Both the position numbers and the translations under genes were made by a program. DNA of 56,205 nt from Candidatus Binatus sp. (lineage in GTDB: Bacteria > Desulfobacterota > Binatia > Binatales > Binataceae). The stretch lies in the NCBI RefSeq assembly GCF_036522015.1, contig NZ_DATDGQ010000344.1, positions 1 to 56,205 on the forward strand, in the 5' to 3' direction. Under the pieces are notes generated by a model. That model saw nothing but the letters and a program-made list of their open reading frames with translations. It did no database searches and had not been told where the DNA came from. Below are positions 29,605 through 39,935 of the stretch, piece by piece (position 1 is the stretch's first letter; every line of letters begins with the position of its first letter).

Positions 29605-31152
29605 ATGGCACGGAAACAGGAGCCGCCTCCGACCCGCGCGCCGCTTCCGCGGTTCGCTGATACCATCGTGATCGGTGGCGGCACCGCTGGCGCGGCAATC
29701 GCGGGTCTTCTCGTGGAACATTCCGAGCAGTCCGTGCTGTTGCTCGAGGCCGGTCCCGATTACGGTTCGTTCGCCGCGGGACGATGGCCGGCTGAACTTA
29801 CCGACGCCGGCGCGATACCGACCACGCACGACTGGGGCTACCACAGCGGCGAGCAATACAAGCCGCGCGTCATCGGCTTCGAGCGCGCCCGCGTGATCGG
29901 CGGATGCTCGTCGCATAACGGATGCGCCGCCATCTGGGGCAGCCGTATCGATTACGACGGATGGGCGGTGCTCGGAAATCCGGGATGGTCTGCGGACGAA
30001 CTGCGGCCGCTGTTCCGCACCGCCTCCGAGCGGCTGCGCGTTCGAATTCCAGAGCCAACCGAGATCACTCCTTTCCAGCGGGCAGCGCTGGATGCCGCGG
30101 CTGAGGCCGGAATTCCGCGGGTCGTTGACCTGAACAATCTCGACGAGAACCTCGGGATGGCGCCGAGTCCGGCGAATATCTTCAACGGCGTCCGCTGGAA
30201 CACCGCGTTCGCCTATCTCGATCCGGTCCGCGAGCGAGCGAACCTGACTATAGTTGGAGACTCTCCGTGCGATCGCCTCGAGATCGGATCGGGACGAGTG
30301 AACGCTGTCATCGTCGCCGGCCGCGAGGGTCCGGTCCGCATCGAGGCCGGACGAGTGATCGTGGCGGCGGGAGCCTACGGATCGCCCGCGATCCTCATGC
30401 GCTCAGGCGTCGGCGATCCGTCTGAACTTCGCGCCGCCGGCGTCGCGCCTGCAATTGATCTGCCTGGAGTCGGCCGCAACCTGCACGACCATCCGCGAAT
30501 TTCGCTGAGCTACGCGGGGACGCGAGAGCTCGAGGAGATGATGGCGACGTTTGCGCGCGATCACTGGATGCCCGAGGAGCAGACGATCGCCAAGGCGCAA
30601 TCCTCGCGATTTACGCGCGGGTTCGATCTGCACATCTATCCGGTCGGCGGACGCGATCGTAGAAGTCGAAGCGGTTGGGGATGGACGCTCGAAGTGGCAT
30701 GCATGACGCCACGGTCGCGCGGCGCGCTCAGGATTGCGAGCAGCGACAGGGCAGCGCCGCCGATCATCGACCATCGCTACCTGTCTGATTCCGGGAACGA
30801 AGATTTGAGCGTGCTCGCCGACGGGGTCGCGCTCACCCGCGAGATCGCTGCGAAAGCTGCGCTGGCACGGTTCGCGGGCGCGGAGATCTCACCGGGCGGC
30901 GGCGTTGCGACCCGCAGCGAGATCGAGGCGTTCGTCAGAGCCAATTGCCTGCACTACTGCCATCCGGTGGGGACTTGCGCGATGGGCCCGGCGAGTGATC
31001 GATCTACAGTCGCCGATTCGCGGGGCAGAATTCACGGACTCGACAACGCTTACGTCGCTGACGCGTCGATAATGCCGGTGATACCGCGCGCGAACACCAA
31101 CCTGCCGGCGCTGGTCGTCGGCGAGCGAATCGCGCGCTGGCTGCTCGATTGA
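29605..31152 (+). CDS. GMC-family FAD oxidoreductase (choline dehydrogenase-like)
   Basis: DTIVIGGGTAGAAIAGLL is the ADP-binding motif. The C-terminal active-site region is CHPVGTCAMG...VADASIMP. Confidence 0.85.
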   Translation: MARKQEPPPTRAPLPRFADTIVIGGGTAGAAIAGLLVEHSEQSVLLLEAGPDYGSFAAGRWPAELTDAGAIPTTHDWGYHSGEQYKPRVIGFERARVIGGCSSHNGCAAIWGSRIDYDGWAVLGNPGWSADELRPLFRTASERLRVRIPEPTEITPFQRAALDAAAEAGIPRVVDLNNLDENLGMAPSPANIFNGVRWNTAFAYLDPVRERANLTIVGDSPCDRLEIGSGRVNAVIVAGREGPVRIEAGRVIVAAGAYGSPAILMRSGVGDPSELRAAGVAPAIDLPGVGRNLHDHPRISLSYAGTRELEEMMATFARDHWMPEEQTIAKAQSSRFTRGFDLHIYPVGGRDRRSRSGWGWTLEVACMTPRSRGALRIASSDRAAPPIIDHRYLSDSGNEDLSVLADGVALTREIAAKAALARFAGAEISPGGGVATRSEIEAFVRANCLHYCHPVGTCAMGPASDRSTVADSRGRIHGLDNAYVADASIMPVIPRANTNLPALVVGERIARWLLD

Positions 31153-31156
31153 ATCG

Positions 31157-31999
31157 CTATTCAGTTTGATTCTGCTGTTGCGGCTGGAATTGCGGCGCGG
31201 GAGACGGTTGCGCAACGCTCGGGCTGACAGGAGTAGCCGAAGGGCTCATCGGGATTGCGGTGCCACCGCCAGTCGCAATTTCTCCACCTTCCCAGGACGA
31301 AGTACGCGTATCCGTCTGATGAGTCTCCTCATTGAGAAGAGTCATCTGAATCGAGGTGTACTCGCCCTTTGGAAAAAACACATAGCCGTTGACCGAATAG
31401 TTGGGGTGAGCCTCGCGAGTCTGCAGGGATAGCGACGAGATTTGAGTCTCGGCGTCGCGATGCGCTGCGGCCTGACCCTGCGCTCCACCATACACTCCGC
31501 CTCCCGCGGCGCCGACGCTGCCGCCGATGGCGGCGCCGACGAGAGCGCCTTGCGCCGGCGAGAGCACGATAGTACCCACTGCGGCGCCGATAGCTGCACC
31601 GGTGGCGGCGCCGACGACCGCACCGATCGCCGCATTCTTCGCTGCTCCGGTCAATCCCGCCTTCAACGCATTCGCGTTGCCAGCCTCCTGAATTGCTTCG
31701 CTAGCCGAAATCGGCATGATCCGCTGACCTTGCTCGTTGATTGCGAAAACCTGATCGGGTTCGACCAGGTACGGCTCATCGGTCCCGTTGGCTATCGAGA
31801 CATCTACCGGAACTATTCGACCGATCGGTGCTCCAGGCCGCGCCTGCATCGTGACGTCTCCCTTGGTGGGAGTTAACGCAACTCTGGGAGTGATCGGAAT
31901 CGGGTTCCAGGTGGTGGCGCATCCACCGAGGCTGAACGCGAGCAGAACCGCGATCGACGACGCTAACGCCGAACGACAGGCGCAATTGATGAAAAACAT
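31157..31999 (-). CDS. Lipoprotein with central glycine-zipper region
   Basis: MFFINCACRSALASSIAVLLAFSLGGC contains a lipobox. GAVVGAATGAAIGAAVG...GALVGAAIGGSVGAAGGGVYGG are GxxxG repeats. A Pro/Gln-rich tail follows. It lies 124 nt downstream of cusA on the same strand. Confidence 0.55.
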   Translation of the reverse strand: MFFINCACRSALASSIAVLLAFSLGGCATTWNPIPITPRVALTPTKGDVTMQARPGAPIGRIVPVDVSIANGTDEPYLVEPDQVFAINEQGQRIMPISASEAIQEAGNANALKAGLTGAAKNAAIGAVVGAATGAAIGAAVGTIVLSPAQGALVGAAIGGSVGAAGGGVYGGAQGQAAAHRDAETQISSLSLQTREAHPNYSVNGYVFFPKGEYTSIQMTLLNEETHQTDTRTSSWEGGEIATGGGTAIPMSPSATPVSPSVAQPSPAPQFQPQQQNQTE

Positions 32000-32122
32000 C
32001 TTTTTGTCTGATCTCGCGAGTACAGATTGAGAGTGCCTCACCATCTCCCGCGCCGACGGCGTTGTCAACGGCCCCGAAGAGAGTGACGCCGCGCTCAAAA
32101 CGGCACACTTCTCGCCATCGAA

Positions 32123-35100
32123 TTATCTCTTTAATGCTCTCTCCTTCATGATCGCGAAGAACACGGGCACCAGTATCAGGACGTGAATCGTCGAGGTGAT
32201 CATCCCGCCGACGATTGGTGCGGCAATTGGCTTCATAACGTCGGAGCCTATGCCGCTCTCCCACAGAATTGGCGCGAGGCTTAGCATCACGACTGCCACC
32301 GTCATCAGCTTGGGACGTAGGCGCTGCACTGCGCCCTCGATCACCGCCGCTTCGACGCCTTCATGCGCGAGTTGGCCGGCGGCGATGTGACGATTCAGGG
32401 CCTCGTGAAGATAGATCACCATGACGACGCCGGTCTCGACCGCAATTCCGAACAAGGCGATGTATCCGACCCCTACCGCGACGCTGAAGTTGAAGCCCAT
32501 CATGTATTGAAGCAGCAGCCCGCCGGTCATCGCGTACACGGTCGGAAGAATCAACACGATCGCCTCGGTCACCGACTGGAAGAGCATGTAGAGCAGGACA
32601 AAGATCAGTCCGAAGACGATCGGCAGGATGACCGTCAGGCGCTTTCGCGCGCGCAGCTGGAACTCGTACTCACCCGACCATTTCAGGGTGTATCCGGCCG
32701 GCAGATGGAGTTGCCGATCGAGCACGCGTTGCGCGTCGTCAACGTAAGTGCCGTAGTCCGAAGTCGCCAGGTCAACATAAACGTAGCCGGTTACTTGTCC
32801 GTCTTCGTCGCGAATCATCGACGGCCCCTTGGTCAGGTCTACGTGCGCAACTTCGCCGAGCGGAATCTGCGCACCGGTCGGGGTCATGAGCAAAATTCGT
32901 CGAAGCGCGTTCAGGTCGTTGCGATAGTCCGCCAGATAGCGGACGTTGATCGCGTATCGCTCGCGCCCTTCAACGGTGGTCGCGATATTTTCGCCGCCCA
33001 TGCCTGAGCTGACCGCGCGCTGTACGTCTCCAACCGTCAGGCCGTATCGCGCCGCGGCAGCCCGGTCCACATCGACGTTGATGTAGAACCCTTGAGAGAC
33101 ACGCTCGGCGAAAATTCCGCGCGTGCCCGGGACCGAGCCGAGTATTTCTTCTATCTGAGAACCAATCTGTTGAATCCTATCGACGTCGGGCCCCTGAATT
33201 TTGAGTCCTACCGGTGTTTTGATCCCGGTCAACTCCATGTCGAGTCGGTTCTCGACCGGCATCGTCCAGGAATTCGATAGGCCGGGAAAATGCAACCGGT
33301 CGTCCATTTCGGCGATAAGGGAATCGTAAGTCACGCCCTTGCGCCATTGCTCGCGCGGCTTGAGCATGACCGTCGTGTCGTACATATCGAGCGGTGCGTT
33401 GTCGGTCGCGCTATCTGAGCGTCCTACCGAGCCGAACACGCTTTCAACCTCGGGAAAGGTTCGGATGATCTGATCCTGCTTCTGCATCAGGTCAACCGCC
33501 GACGAGATGGAAATTCCAGGAAGGGCGGTCGGCATGTAGAGACTCGATCCTTCATACAGCGGCGGCATGAACTGACTGCCTATTTTGAACAACAGTGGAA
33601 TTGTAAGCAGCAGGAAAATCGCGTTGGCGGCGATCGTCAACACGCGGTGACGCAGGCACCATCGGATGATCGGCAAATAGATAGACTGGAACAAACGCGA
33701 GATTGGGTTTTCCTCTTCGGGTCGCAAACGCTTGCCGCGAATAAGGAGCACCATCAGCACCGGGACCACGGTGATCGCTAGAACCGAAGAAAAGCCAATC
33801 GCAAAGGACTTGGTGTAGGCCAGCGGCCGAAACATCCGGCCCTCCTGCGACTCGAGCAGGAACACCGGCAGGAACGAGACGACGATAATAATCAGCGAAA
33901 AGAAAATCGGGCGTCCGACCTGCTTCGCAGCCGATAGCAGGATTCGCTGCCGTTCGGATGAGGAAACTGAGTCGCCTCTCAGCGACGCCTGGTGTTGCGC
34001 CTCCGATAAGTGCCGATAGCCGTTCTCGACCATCACGATCGAAGCGTCAACCAGCACACCTATCGCCAGCGCCAGTCCGCCGAGCGACATGATGTTAGAG
34101 CTGATCTGCAGATAGTACATCGGAATGAAGGTCGCGATGACTGCGATTGGCAGCGTGAGAATCGGGATAAAGGCGGAACGCAGATGGAAGAGGAAAATGA
34201 TGATGACGAGACTTACAATTATCGCCTCTTCGAGCAGGTCCCGTTTCAAGGTGTTGATCGATGCCTGGATGAGTCCAGAACGGTCGTATGCGGCGACGAT
34301 CTCGACGCCGGGCGGCAGAGTCTTTTGAATCTGAGCGAGCTTCTGCTTGACGCCGTCGATAACGGTGAGGGCGTTCTGCCCATAGCGCATCACGACGATA
34401 CCCCCAACCGTCTCGCCGTCGCCGTTCCACTCCGCGGCGCCCTCGCGCAAGTCGGGACCAAGACTGACCACGCCTAAGTCTCTTATCAATACCGGTGTGC
34501 CGTTGTTGGTGGCGACGGATATTTCTTCTAGGTCTGCCACCGAGTGGACGTAGCCGAGGCCGCGGATCATGTAGTCTGCGCCCGACATCTCGAGTACGCG
34601 TCCACCGACTTCACCGTTGCTGTCCCGGATTTTATCGATAACTGTTTGCAGCGGTACCTTGAGCGCCAGCAATCGGTTCGGACCGAGCTTGACCTGGTAC
34701 TGCTTCACGAAACCGCCAATGGTGGCTACTTCGGAAACCCCCGGCACGGTCTCGAGCGCGTAGCGGATGTTCTAGTCCTGCAAGCTGCGGAGGTCGGCGA
34801 GACTGTGTGTATGACTCTTGTCGATAAGAGCATATTCGTAAACCCAGCCCGCGCCTGTTGCGTCCGGCCCGATCATGGGATTGACACCAGTGGGAAGCTT
34901 GCCGGTTATCTGCTCGAGATATTCCAGCACCCGGCTGCGCGCCCAATAGATATCGGTGCCGTCTTCGAACACGACGAACACATAGGAGTCGTTGGGCATC
35001 GTTTGCGCGCGGACCGCCTTGACGTGAGGCGCTGCCAGCATCGCGGTCACAATAGGATAGGTCACCTGATCCTCGATCAGATTGGGCGGCTGTCCCATCC

Positions 35101-35257
35101 ATTCGGTGTGGATGATTACCTGGACGTCGGAGATATCCGGCAGCGCGTCGAGCGGGATTCGATTGAGCGACCAGACGCCCGCAAGCACCAACGCGAGCAC
35201 GCCGAAGAACAGAATGAAGCGGTTCTCGTTACACCAGTCGATAGTTCTTTCGATCAC
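32123..35257 (-). pseudogene. cusA: CusA/SilA-type heavy-metal RND pump interrupted by one in-frame TAG (34772-34774)
   Basis: The GTG 35257 start gives VIERTIDWCNENRFILFFGVLALVLAG..LDALPDISDVQVIIHTEW. ...[38 protein letters not shown] continues in the same frame to TAA 32123. Total 1044 sense codons. The track shows it as two ORFs (34772-35341 and 32123-34747). Confidence 0.85.
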
Positions 35258-35267
35258 GCGTCTTACC

Positions 35268-36752
35268 TCACATCGCCATGGAGCCGCTGGCCGACACGTC
35301 GATCTGCTTGGTCGCGATCGGCTGGCCTTGCTTCGACGCATTTATAGTCAGGCTCCAGGTGCCACCGCTGGGCAGTTCGATATTCGCGGAGTAGGTGCCG
35401 TTCCCCTGATCAACTGCGGTGCCTTGCGCGCGCATAGCCGCCATTCCCATCGCGGGCATCGCCGCCATGTAGAAGGACACTGTCACTTGCACACCGGTGA
35501 TAGGCGCGCCTTTGGAATCGCGCAGCGTGAGGATCACCTTGTTGTGCCCGCGCACCATCGGATTCGGGTCGCTGGAGAACTCGATGCTCGCCTGCGGGAT
35601 CGCTTCAGCCGCGGGTCCTACGGCGTTCGCGCCTACTCCCGGCGGAGGCGGTACGAATGCTCCTGCGGCCGCCTGCAACTGGCTTTCCGAGTCGATAAGA
35701 AAATTCGCGGAGCTCACGATCTGCTGACCCGGCGCGAGTCCTTTGAGCACGATGAATTCGTTGCCTACATGCTGTCCCAATTCGATCTCAGCGGGAGTGA
35801 GATAGCCGTCGCCGCGATCGATGAAGGCAACGTTGTGCGTGCCGGTGCGCAGAACCGCGGTGTCAGGGATCACGGTTTGCTCGCCCATCGGTAGGTCGAG
35901 CGCGACATGCGCAAACATCCCCGGAAGGAGCTGACCTTTGGGGTTGTTGAACTCGCATCGGACTTTGGCGGTGCGGGTCATAGGATCGATCTGCGGCTGG
36001 ATGAAATCGACGCGCCCATCGAAGTTCTGGCCCGGGTAGGAATCGACGCTGACAGTTGCGGGATCGCCCGGACGGACCTTGCCGATCTCGTTTTGAAATA
36101 CCGCCGCATAGATCCAGACCTTCGACAGGTCTGTGATCGTGAACAAACGGGTGTCTGGTTGCACGTACATGTTGGGCAATGCGTTGCGCTCGACGATATA
36201 TCCGCTCATGGGCGAGTCGATTTCGACGGCGCGACGCACGGTGCGCTCGCGCTCCAGCCGAGCGATCTCGCGCGGCGAAACTCCCCAGAGCTTGAGACGC
36301 TCCGCGGCGGAATCGACCAGCGATGATGCATCGTCAGTTACGCCAGCGACCGCGCTATCTTTCACGCGCTTGCGCGCCTCGATTGCCAGCAGATATTCGC
36401 TCTCGGTGCTCATAAGGTCGGGGCTGTAAATCGTAAACAGCGGCTGTCCCCGGTGGACGTATTGATAGGTGGTATTGGCGAACACCTGCTCGATCCATCC
36501 GGCGAAACGCGTCTGCACGTAGCCTTGCAGGCGTTCGTCGGCCTCGATGCTGCCGGTGGTCTCGAGCCGATCGCTCACATCCTTGCGCATCACGGTTGCG
36601 AACTTGAGCCCGATCAATTGCCGCCGCTCGGGCGTGATCCGGATTGGTGCGAGCTGAGAGTCAGAGCCGTACGCGACAGTCGCCGCCAGGAACATCAAGC
36701 CGAGCGTCAGGGAAACAGCGCGGAATCGCGATTGCGATGAGTTGTGATTCAT
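35268..36752 (-). CDS. cusB: CusB-type RND periplasmic adaptor with C-terminal YtkA/FixH-like Met-rich domain
   Basis: Core MFP motifs: RFAGWIEQV, GQPLFTIYSPDL, VEIDSPMSGYI, VWIYAAVFQNE. An additional ~105-aa tail includes SIEFSSDPNP..VTVSFYMAAMPAMGMAAMRAQG..GTYSANIELPSGGTWSL. ATGA overlap with cusC. Confidence 0.8.
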   Translation of the reverse strand: MNHNSSQSRFRAVSLTLGLMFLAATVAYGSDSQLAPIRITPERRQLIGLKFATVMRKDVSDRLETTGSIEADERLQGYVQTRFAGWIEQVFANTTYQYVHRGQPLFTIYSPDLMSTESEYLLAIEARKRVKDSAVAGVTDDASSLVDSAAERLKLWGVSPREIARLERERTVRRAVEIDSPMSGYIVERNALPNMYVQPDTRLFTITDLSKVWIYAAVFQNEIGKVRPGDPATVSVDSYPGQNFDGRVDFIQPQIDPMTRTAKVRCEFNNPKGQLLPGMFAHVALDLPMGEQTVIPDTAVLRTGTHNVAFIDRGDGYLTPAEIELGQHVGNEFIVLKGLAPGQQIVSSANFLIDSESQLQAAAGAFVPPPPGVGANAVGPAAEAIPQASIEFSSDPNPMVRGHNKVILTLRDSKGAPITGVQVTVSFYMAAMPAMGMAAMRAQGTAVDQGNGTYSANIELPSGGTWSLTINASKQGQPIATKQIDVSASGSMAM

Positions 36753-38062
36753 CTTCGGTCACCGATTACCTGCTGGATTTTTGCAATCGCGATCTCGTGG
36801 TCGGCGAGGCTGCGGTAGTACTCCTGGCGAAGGTTCTGCAAATCGAGCACCGACGAGAGCAGCGTCTGAAAATCGACTTTGCCGACTCGATACGCGGACA
36901 TCGCCGAGGCTTGCGAGCTTTCGGCCTGCGGAATCAGGCCGTCGCGATAGATCGACATGATCCGTTCCGCCGTGCGCATCGCAACGAGGCTGCCTTCTCC
37001 GTCCGAGGAAATCTGCAGCTGAGTTGCACGGACCTGCTCGCGCGCGGACTCGGCTTCGAGCGCGGCCTGCTCGATCGCGGGCGTCTGCTTGCGCCAGAAA
37101 TAGAGCGGAACCTTCGCGCCCAGACTCAGCATGTAGTAGTCGCTGAAGCCGGGGCCGGTTTTTTCGAACGAATATCCGACGGTGAAGTCCGGCCAGTAGC
37201 CCTGATGCGCGAGCTTCAAGGCTTCCGCGCTGCGCTCTTCCATCGCGCGATCCGCGGCGAGGTCCGGTGAACCGCTGTCGGCCAGCTGCGAGAGCTGCGA
37301 CGGGTCGAGCTGGAGCTGCGTAGCTTTGACTTCCCCGATGTCGATATTGCGCGAGTCGGGATCGCGCCCAAGCAACTGCTTGAGCTGGAGCTGTTCCGTG
37401 TCCTCCTCCTGATGATGCATCGCATGCTCCTTCAGGAGCTCAGTTGTCTGAAGCTGTGCTTTGATCAGGTCCTGCTGCAGACCTTGTCCGAGGCGGTACC
37501 GCGCTCCAGCGATCTCCTGGATCTGTTTCAGCTCATCCTGATTGTGATCGAGAATCGCCTGCGTCCTGGAGTGATAGAACAGCTCGTAGTAAATCTCCCT
37601 GACTTTTTCCTCGACCGCGCGCTCGGCGGCTTCATAGCGATGCCGGGAGTAGTCGGCGTCCTTTTCGGCTTCGGACTTCTGCAGGCGAAGCTTGCCGGGA
37701 CCCGGAATGTCCTGCGAAACGCCGAACCCCGTATAGTAGAAGTCGCTGGTCTCATAGCCTGAAAAGGGTTGCGGACTCCCGACCGTGAAATGCTGAAGCG
37801 ACACCTCCGGATCAGGCAGCGTCGAGGCCTGGATCGGCACCTTGGTTTGAGCTCGCCAATGGCTCCGCGCGGCGAGCACTACGGGGCTGTGAGTAAGTGC
37901 CTCGTCGACGAGTGCTCGAAGTCGATCCGAACCATCAATCGTACCAGTACCTTCCTGTGCGTGCCCCATCGGCGAAATGGCGGCCAGAATTGCGACGGCA
38001 AATAGCGTGGCGATTAAATTTCGCGCCGCTGAGCGGCGAATATGTCGTTTCACAAAATCCAA
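36749..38062 (-). CDS. cusC: TolC-like outer-membrane efflux protein (CusC position); TTG 38062 or GTG 38053 start
   Basis: 437 aa. Signal peptide ...LFAVAILAAISPMGHA. Two OEP repeats have coiled-coil heptads. First gene of the C-B-A operon. Confidence 0.75.
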   Translation of the reverse strand: MDFVKRHIRRSAARNLIATLFAVAILAAISPMGHAQEGTGTIDGSDRLRALVDEALTHSPVVLAARSHWRAQTKVPIQASTLPDPEVSLQHFTVGSPQPFSGYETSDFYYTGFGVSQDIPGPGKLRLQKSEAEKDADYSRHRYEAAERAVEEKVREIYYELFYHSRTQAILDHNQDELKQIQEIAGARYRLGQGLQQDLIKAQLQTTELLKEHAMHHQEEDTEQLQLKQLLGRDPDSRNIDIGEVKATQLQLDPSQLSQLADSGSPDLAADRAMEERSAEALKLAHQGYWPDFTVGYSFEKTGPGFSDYYMLSLGAKVPLYFWRKQTPAIEQAALEAESAREQVRATQLQISSDGEGSLVAMRTAERIMSIYRDGLIPQAESSQASAMSAYRVGKVDFQTLLSSVLDLQNLRQEYYRSLADHEIAIAKIQQVIGDRR

Positions 38063-38198
38063 CCTTCCGGCCGCGCTGATCGCGGCGCAGCTCGTAGCTG
38101 CAAAACGTATTTTCGAATCGAAGTGAGCAGGCCGCGCGCAAGCGTCAGCAGCGGATGCGACTCATCCGCCGATCAACTCGCGCGCGCGTTTGGAAGGA

Positions 38199-38531
38199 TC
38201 AGATCTGACGGGAGCAGAGCAGTGCAATTGAAAGGAGCCGGTCCGGCGGCGAATAGCCGTGACTGATTGCGATACTTCGAACGCGTGAATTCGTAGCCAT
38301 GATCGCGACGACGGGCATATTTCCGATTGAGTAGAGTTGCTGCGTGCTTCGCGACTGGCTGATCGCCCGATCCGGCGCCGGCGACGTCTGGCAGCAACTA
38401 ACCTGATTCACCGGCGCACTGCTCGGACACGTCGCGCCGCAGCACGTCGTTGAGGCACAGGCGGTCGCGGACGGCGCACTCATGCTCATCGGAAGCAGCA
38501 GAGCGACAAGTATTAAAGCGAAAACGCGCAC
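38199..38531 (-). CDS. Hypothetical secreted Cys-rich small protein upstream of cusCBA (speculative)
   Basis: The GTG 38531 start gives (M)RVFALILVALLLPMSMSAPSATA, then CASTTCCGATCPSSAPVNQVSCCQTSP (7 Cys in 27 aa). The tracked start 38609 lies inside the thiolase terminator hairpin. No family was recognised. Confidence 0.3.
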   Translation of the reverse strand: MRVFALILVALLLPMSMSAPSATACASTTCCGATCPSSAPVNQVSCCQTSPAPDRAISQSRSTQQLYSIGNMPVVAIMATNSRVRSIAISHGYSPPDRLLSIALLCSRQI

Positions 38532-38608
38532 GACCAAGAGCGTACCCCCGGCGCGCAGTACGCACAACGAGGCAAACACCTCATGCGGGTAAGGACAGAT
38601 CCGGGCCA

Positions 38609-38628
38609 CACGCCGGTCTCACGGCGTG
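38609..38628 (-). terminator. Hairpin CACGCCG-GTCTCA-CGGCGTG, 5 nt after the thiolase stop
   Basis: 7-bp G/C-rich stem read directly. No clear U-tract. Confidence 0.35.
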
Positions 38629-38633
38629 CCGGT

Positions 38634-39818
38634 TCAAGCCACTTCGAATAACCCCGCGGCGCCCATGCCGCCACCGACGCACATCGTGACCACCACGTAT
38701 TTGGCGCGGCGCCGCTTGCCCTCGATCAGCGCATGCCCGGTCATCCGCGAGCCGCTCATCCCGTAAGGATGTCCGATCGAGATCGCGCCGCCATTGACGT
38801 TGAGCAGCTCGTCAGGAATACCGAGCTTGTCGCGACAGTAGATCACCTGGCACGCGAACGCCTCGTTGAGTTCCCACAAGCCGATGTCAGCTATCCGAAG
38901 TCCATTGCGCTCCAGCAGTTTGGGTACCGCGAACACCGGTCCGATTCCCATCTCGTCGGGCTCGCAGCCCGCCACCGCCATGCCTCGATAGATGCCGAGC
39001 GGTTTCAGCCCGCGCTGCTCGGCCTGTTTGCGCTCCATCAGCACGCAGACCGAGACGCCGTCGGAGAGTTGGCTGGCGTTGCCGGCGGTGATGAAGCCGC
39101 CAGGTCCCTTGACGGGAGGCAGCGACGCCAAGCCGTCGAGCGTGGTGCCGGGGCGGTTGCATTCGTCGCGTTCGAGCGTGACCTGTTGCTTGATCGTCTC
39201 GCCGGTCTTCTTGTCGTCGAAGCGCTTGGTGACCGTGGTCGAAATGATCTCGTCGTTGAAGCGGCCGGCTTCCTGCGCTGCAAACGTCCGTTGCTGACTC
39301 TTGAAGGAATATTCGTCCTGCGCTTCGCGCGAGATTTTGTAGCGCTTCGAAACCACTTCGGCGGTATCGATCATCGCCATGTAGATCGCGGGCGCGCGCT
39401 TCAGCACGATCGGATCGGCCTGGCGAAAAGCATTCATGTGCGCGTTCTGAACCAGGCTTATCGATTCGACGCCACCGGCCACCACTACCTGCATGCCGTC
39501 GGCGATGATCTGCTTGGCGCCCATCGAGATGCTCATCAAGCCCGACGAGCATTGGCGGTCAACACTCTGGCCCGCGATGCTGACCGGCAATCCCGCTGCG
39601 ATAACGCACTGGCGGGCGACGTTGAAGCCTTGCGTTCCCTGCTGGAGCGCAGCGCCCATGATCACGTCGTCGATTTCAGCGGGTTCCAGGCGCGCACGTG
39701 AAACCGCCTCTTTGATTACCGGCGCCGCCATCGATGGCGACTCGAGGTCGTTAAAAGCACCGCGATAGGCTTTCCCAATCGGTGTGCGGGCGGTGGATAC
39801 GATTACCGCTTCTCGCAT
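38634..39818 (-). CDS. Acetyl-CoA C-acetyltransferase (thiolase II)
   Basis: ATG 39818 is preceded by [28 protein letters not shown]; the active-site Cys is in [12 protein letters not shown]; [17 protein letters not shown]; [13 protein letters not shown]. Confidence 0.9.
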   Translation of the reverse strand: MREAVIVSTARTPIGKAYRGAFNDLESPSMAAPVIKEAVSRARLEPAEIDDVIMGAALQQGTQGFNVARQCVIAAGLPVSIAGQSVDRQCSSGLMSISMGAKQIIADGMQVVVAGGVESISLVQNAHMNAFRQADPIVLKRAPAIYMAMIDTAEVVSKRYKISREAQDEYSFKSQQRTFAAQEAGRFNDEIISTTVTKRFDDKKTGETIKQQVTLERDECNRPGTTLDGLASLPPVKGPGGFITAGNASQLSDGVSVCVLMERKQAEQRGLKPLGIYRGMAVAGCEPDEMGIGPVFAVPKLLERNGLRIADIGLWELNEAFACQVIYCRDKLGIPDELLNVNGGAISIGHPYGMSGSRMTGHALIEGKRRRAKYVVVTMCVGGGMGAAGLFEVA

Positions 39819-39935
39819 CTTGAACTCCTTGGTGGGGCCGCATCTAAAGGACACCGCCCGATGGTTGATATCTGCTCATATTCCCGCGACTGGCGAGCGT
39901 TGGCAAGTATGCGGGCCTGTCCGCAATCCGTCGGG

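Noticed and set aside
38532-38609. The tracked start (38609) of the Cys-rich ORF.
   Set aside because: The first codons overlap the hairpin directly after the thiolase stop and encode no signal-like sequence. The internal GTG 38531 is preferred, and the whole ORF remains speculative.
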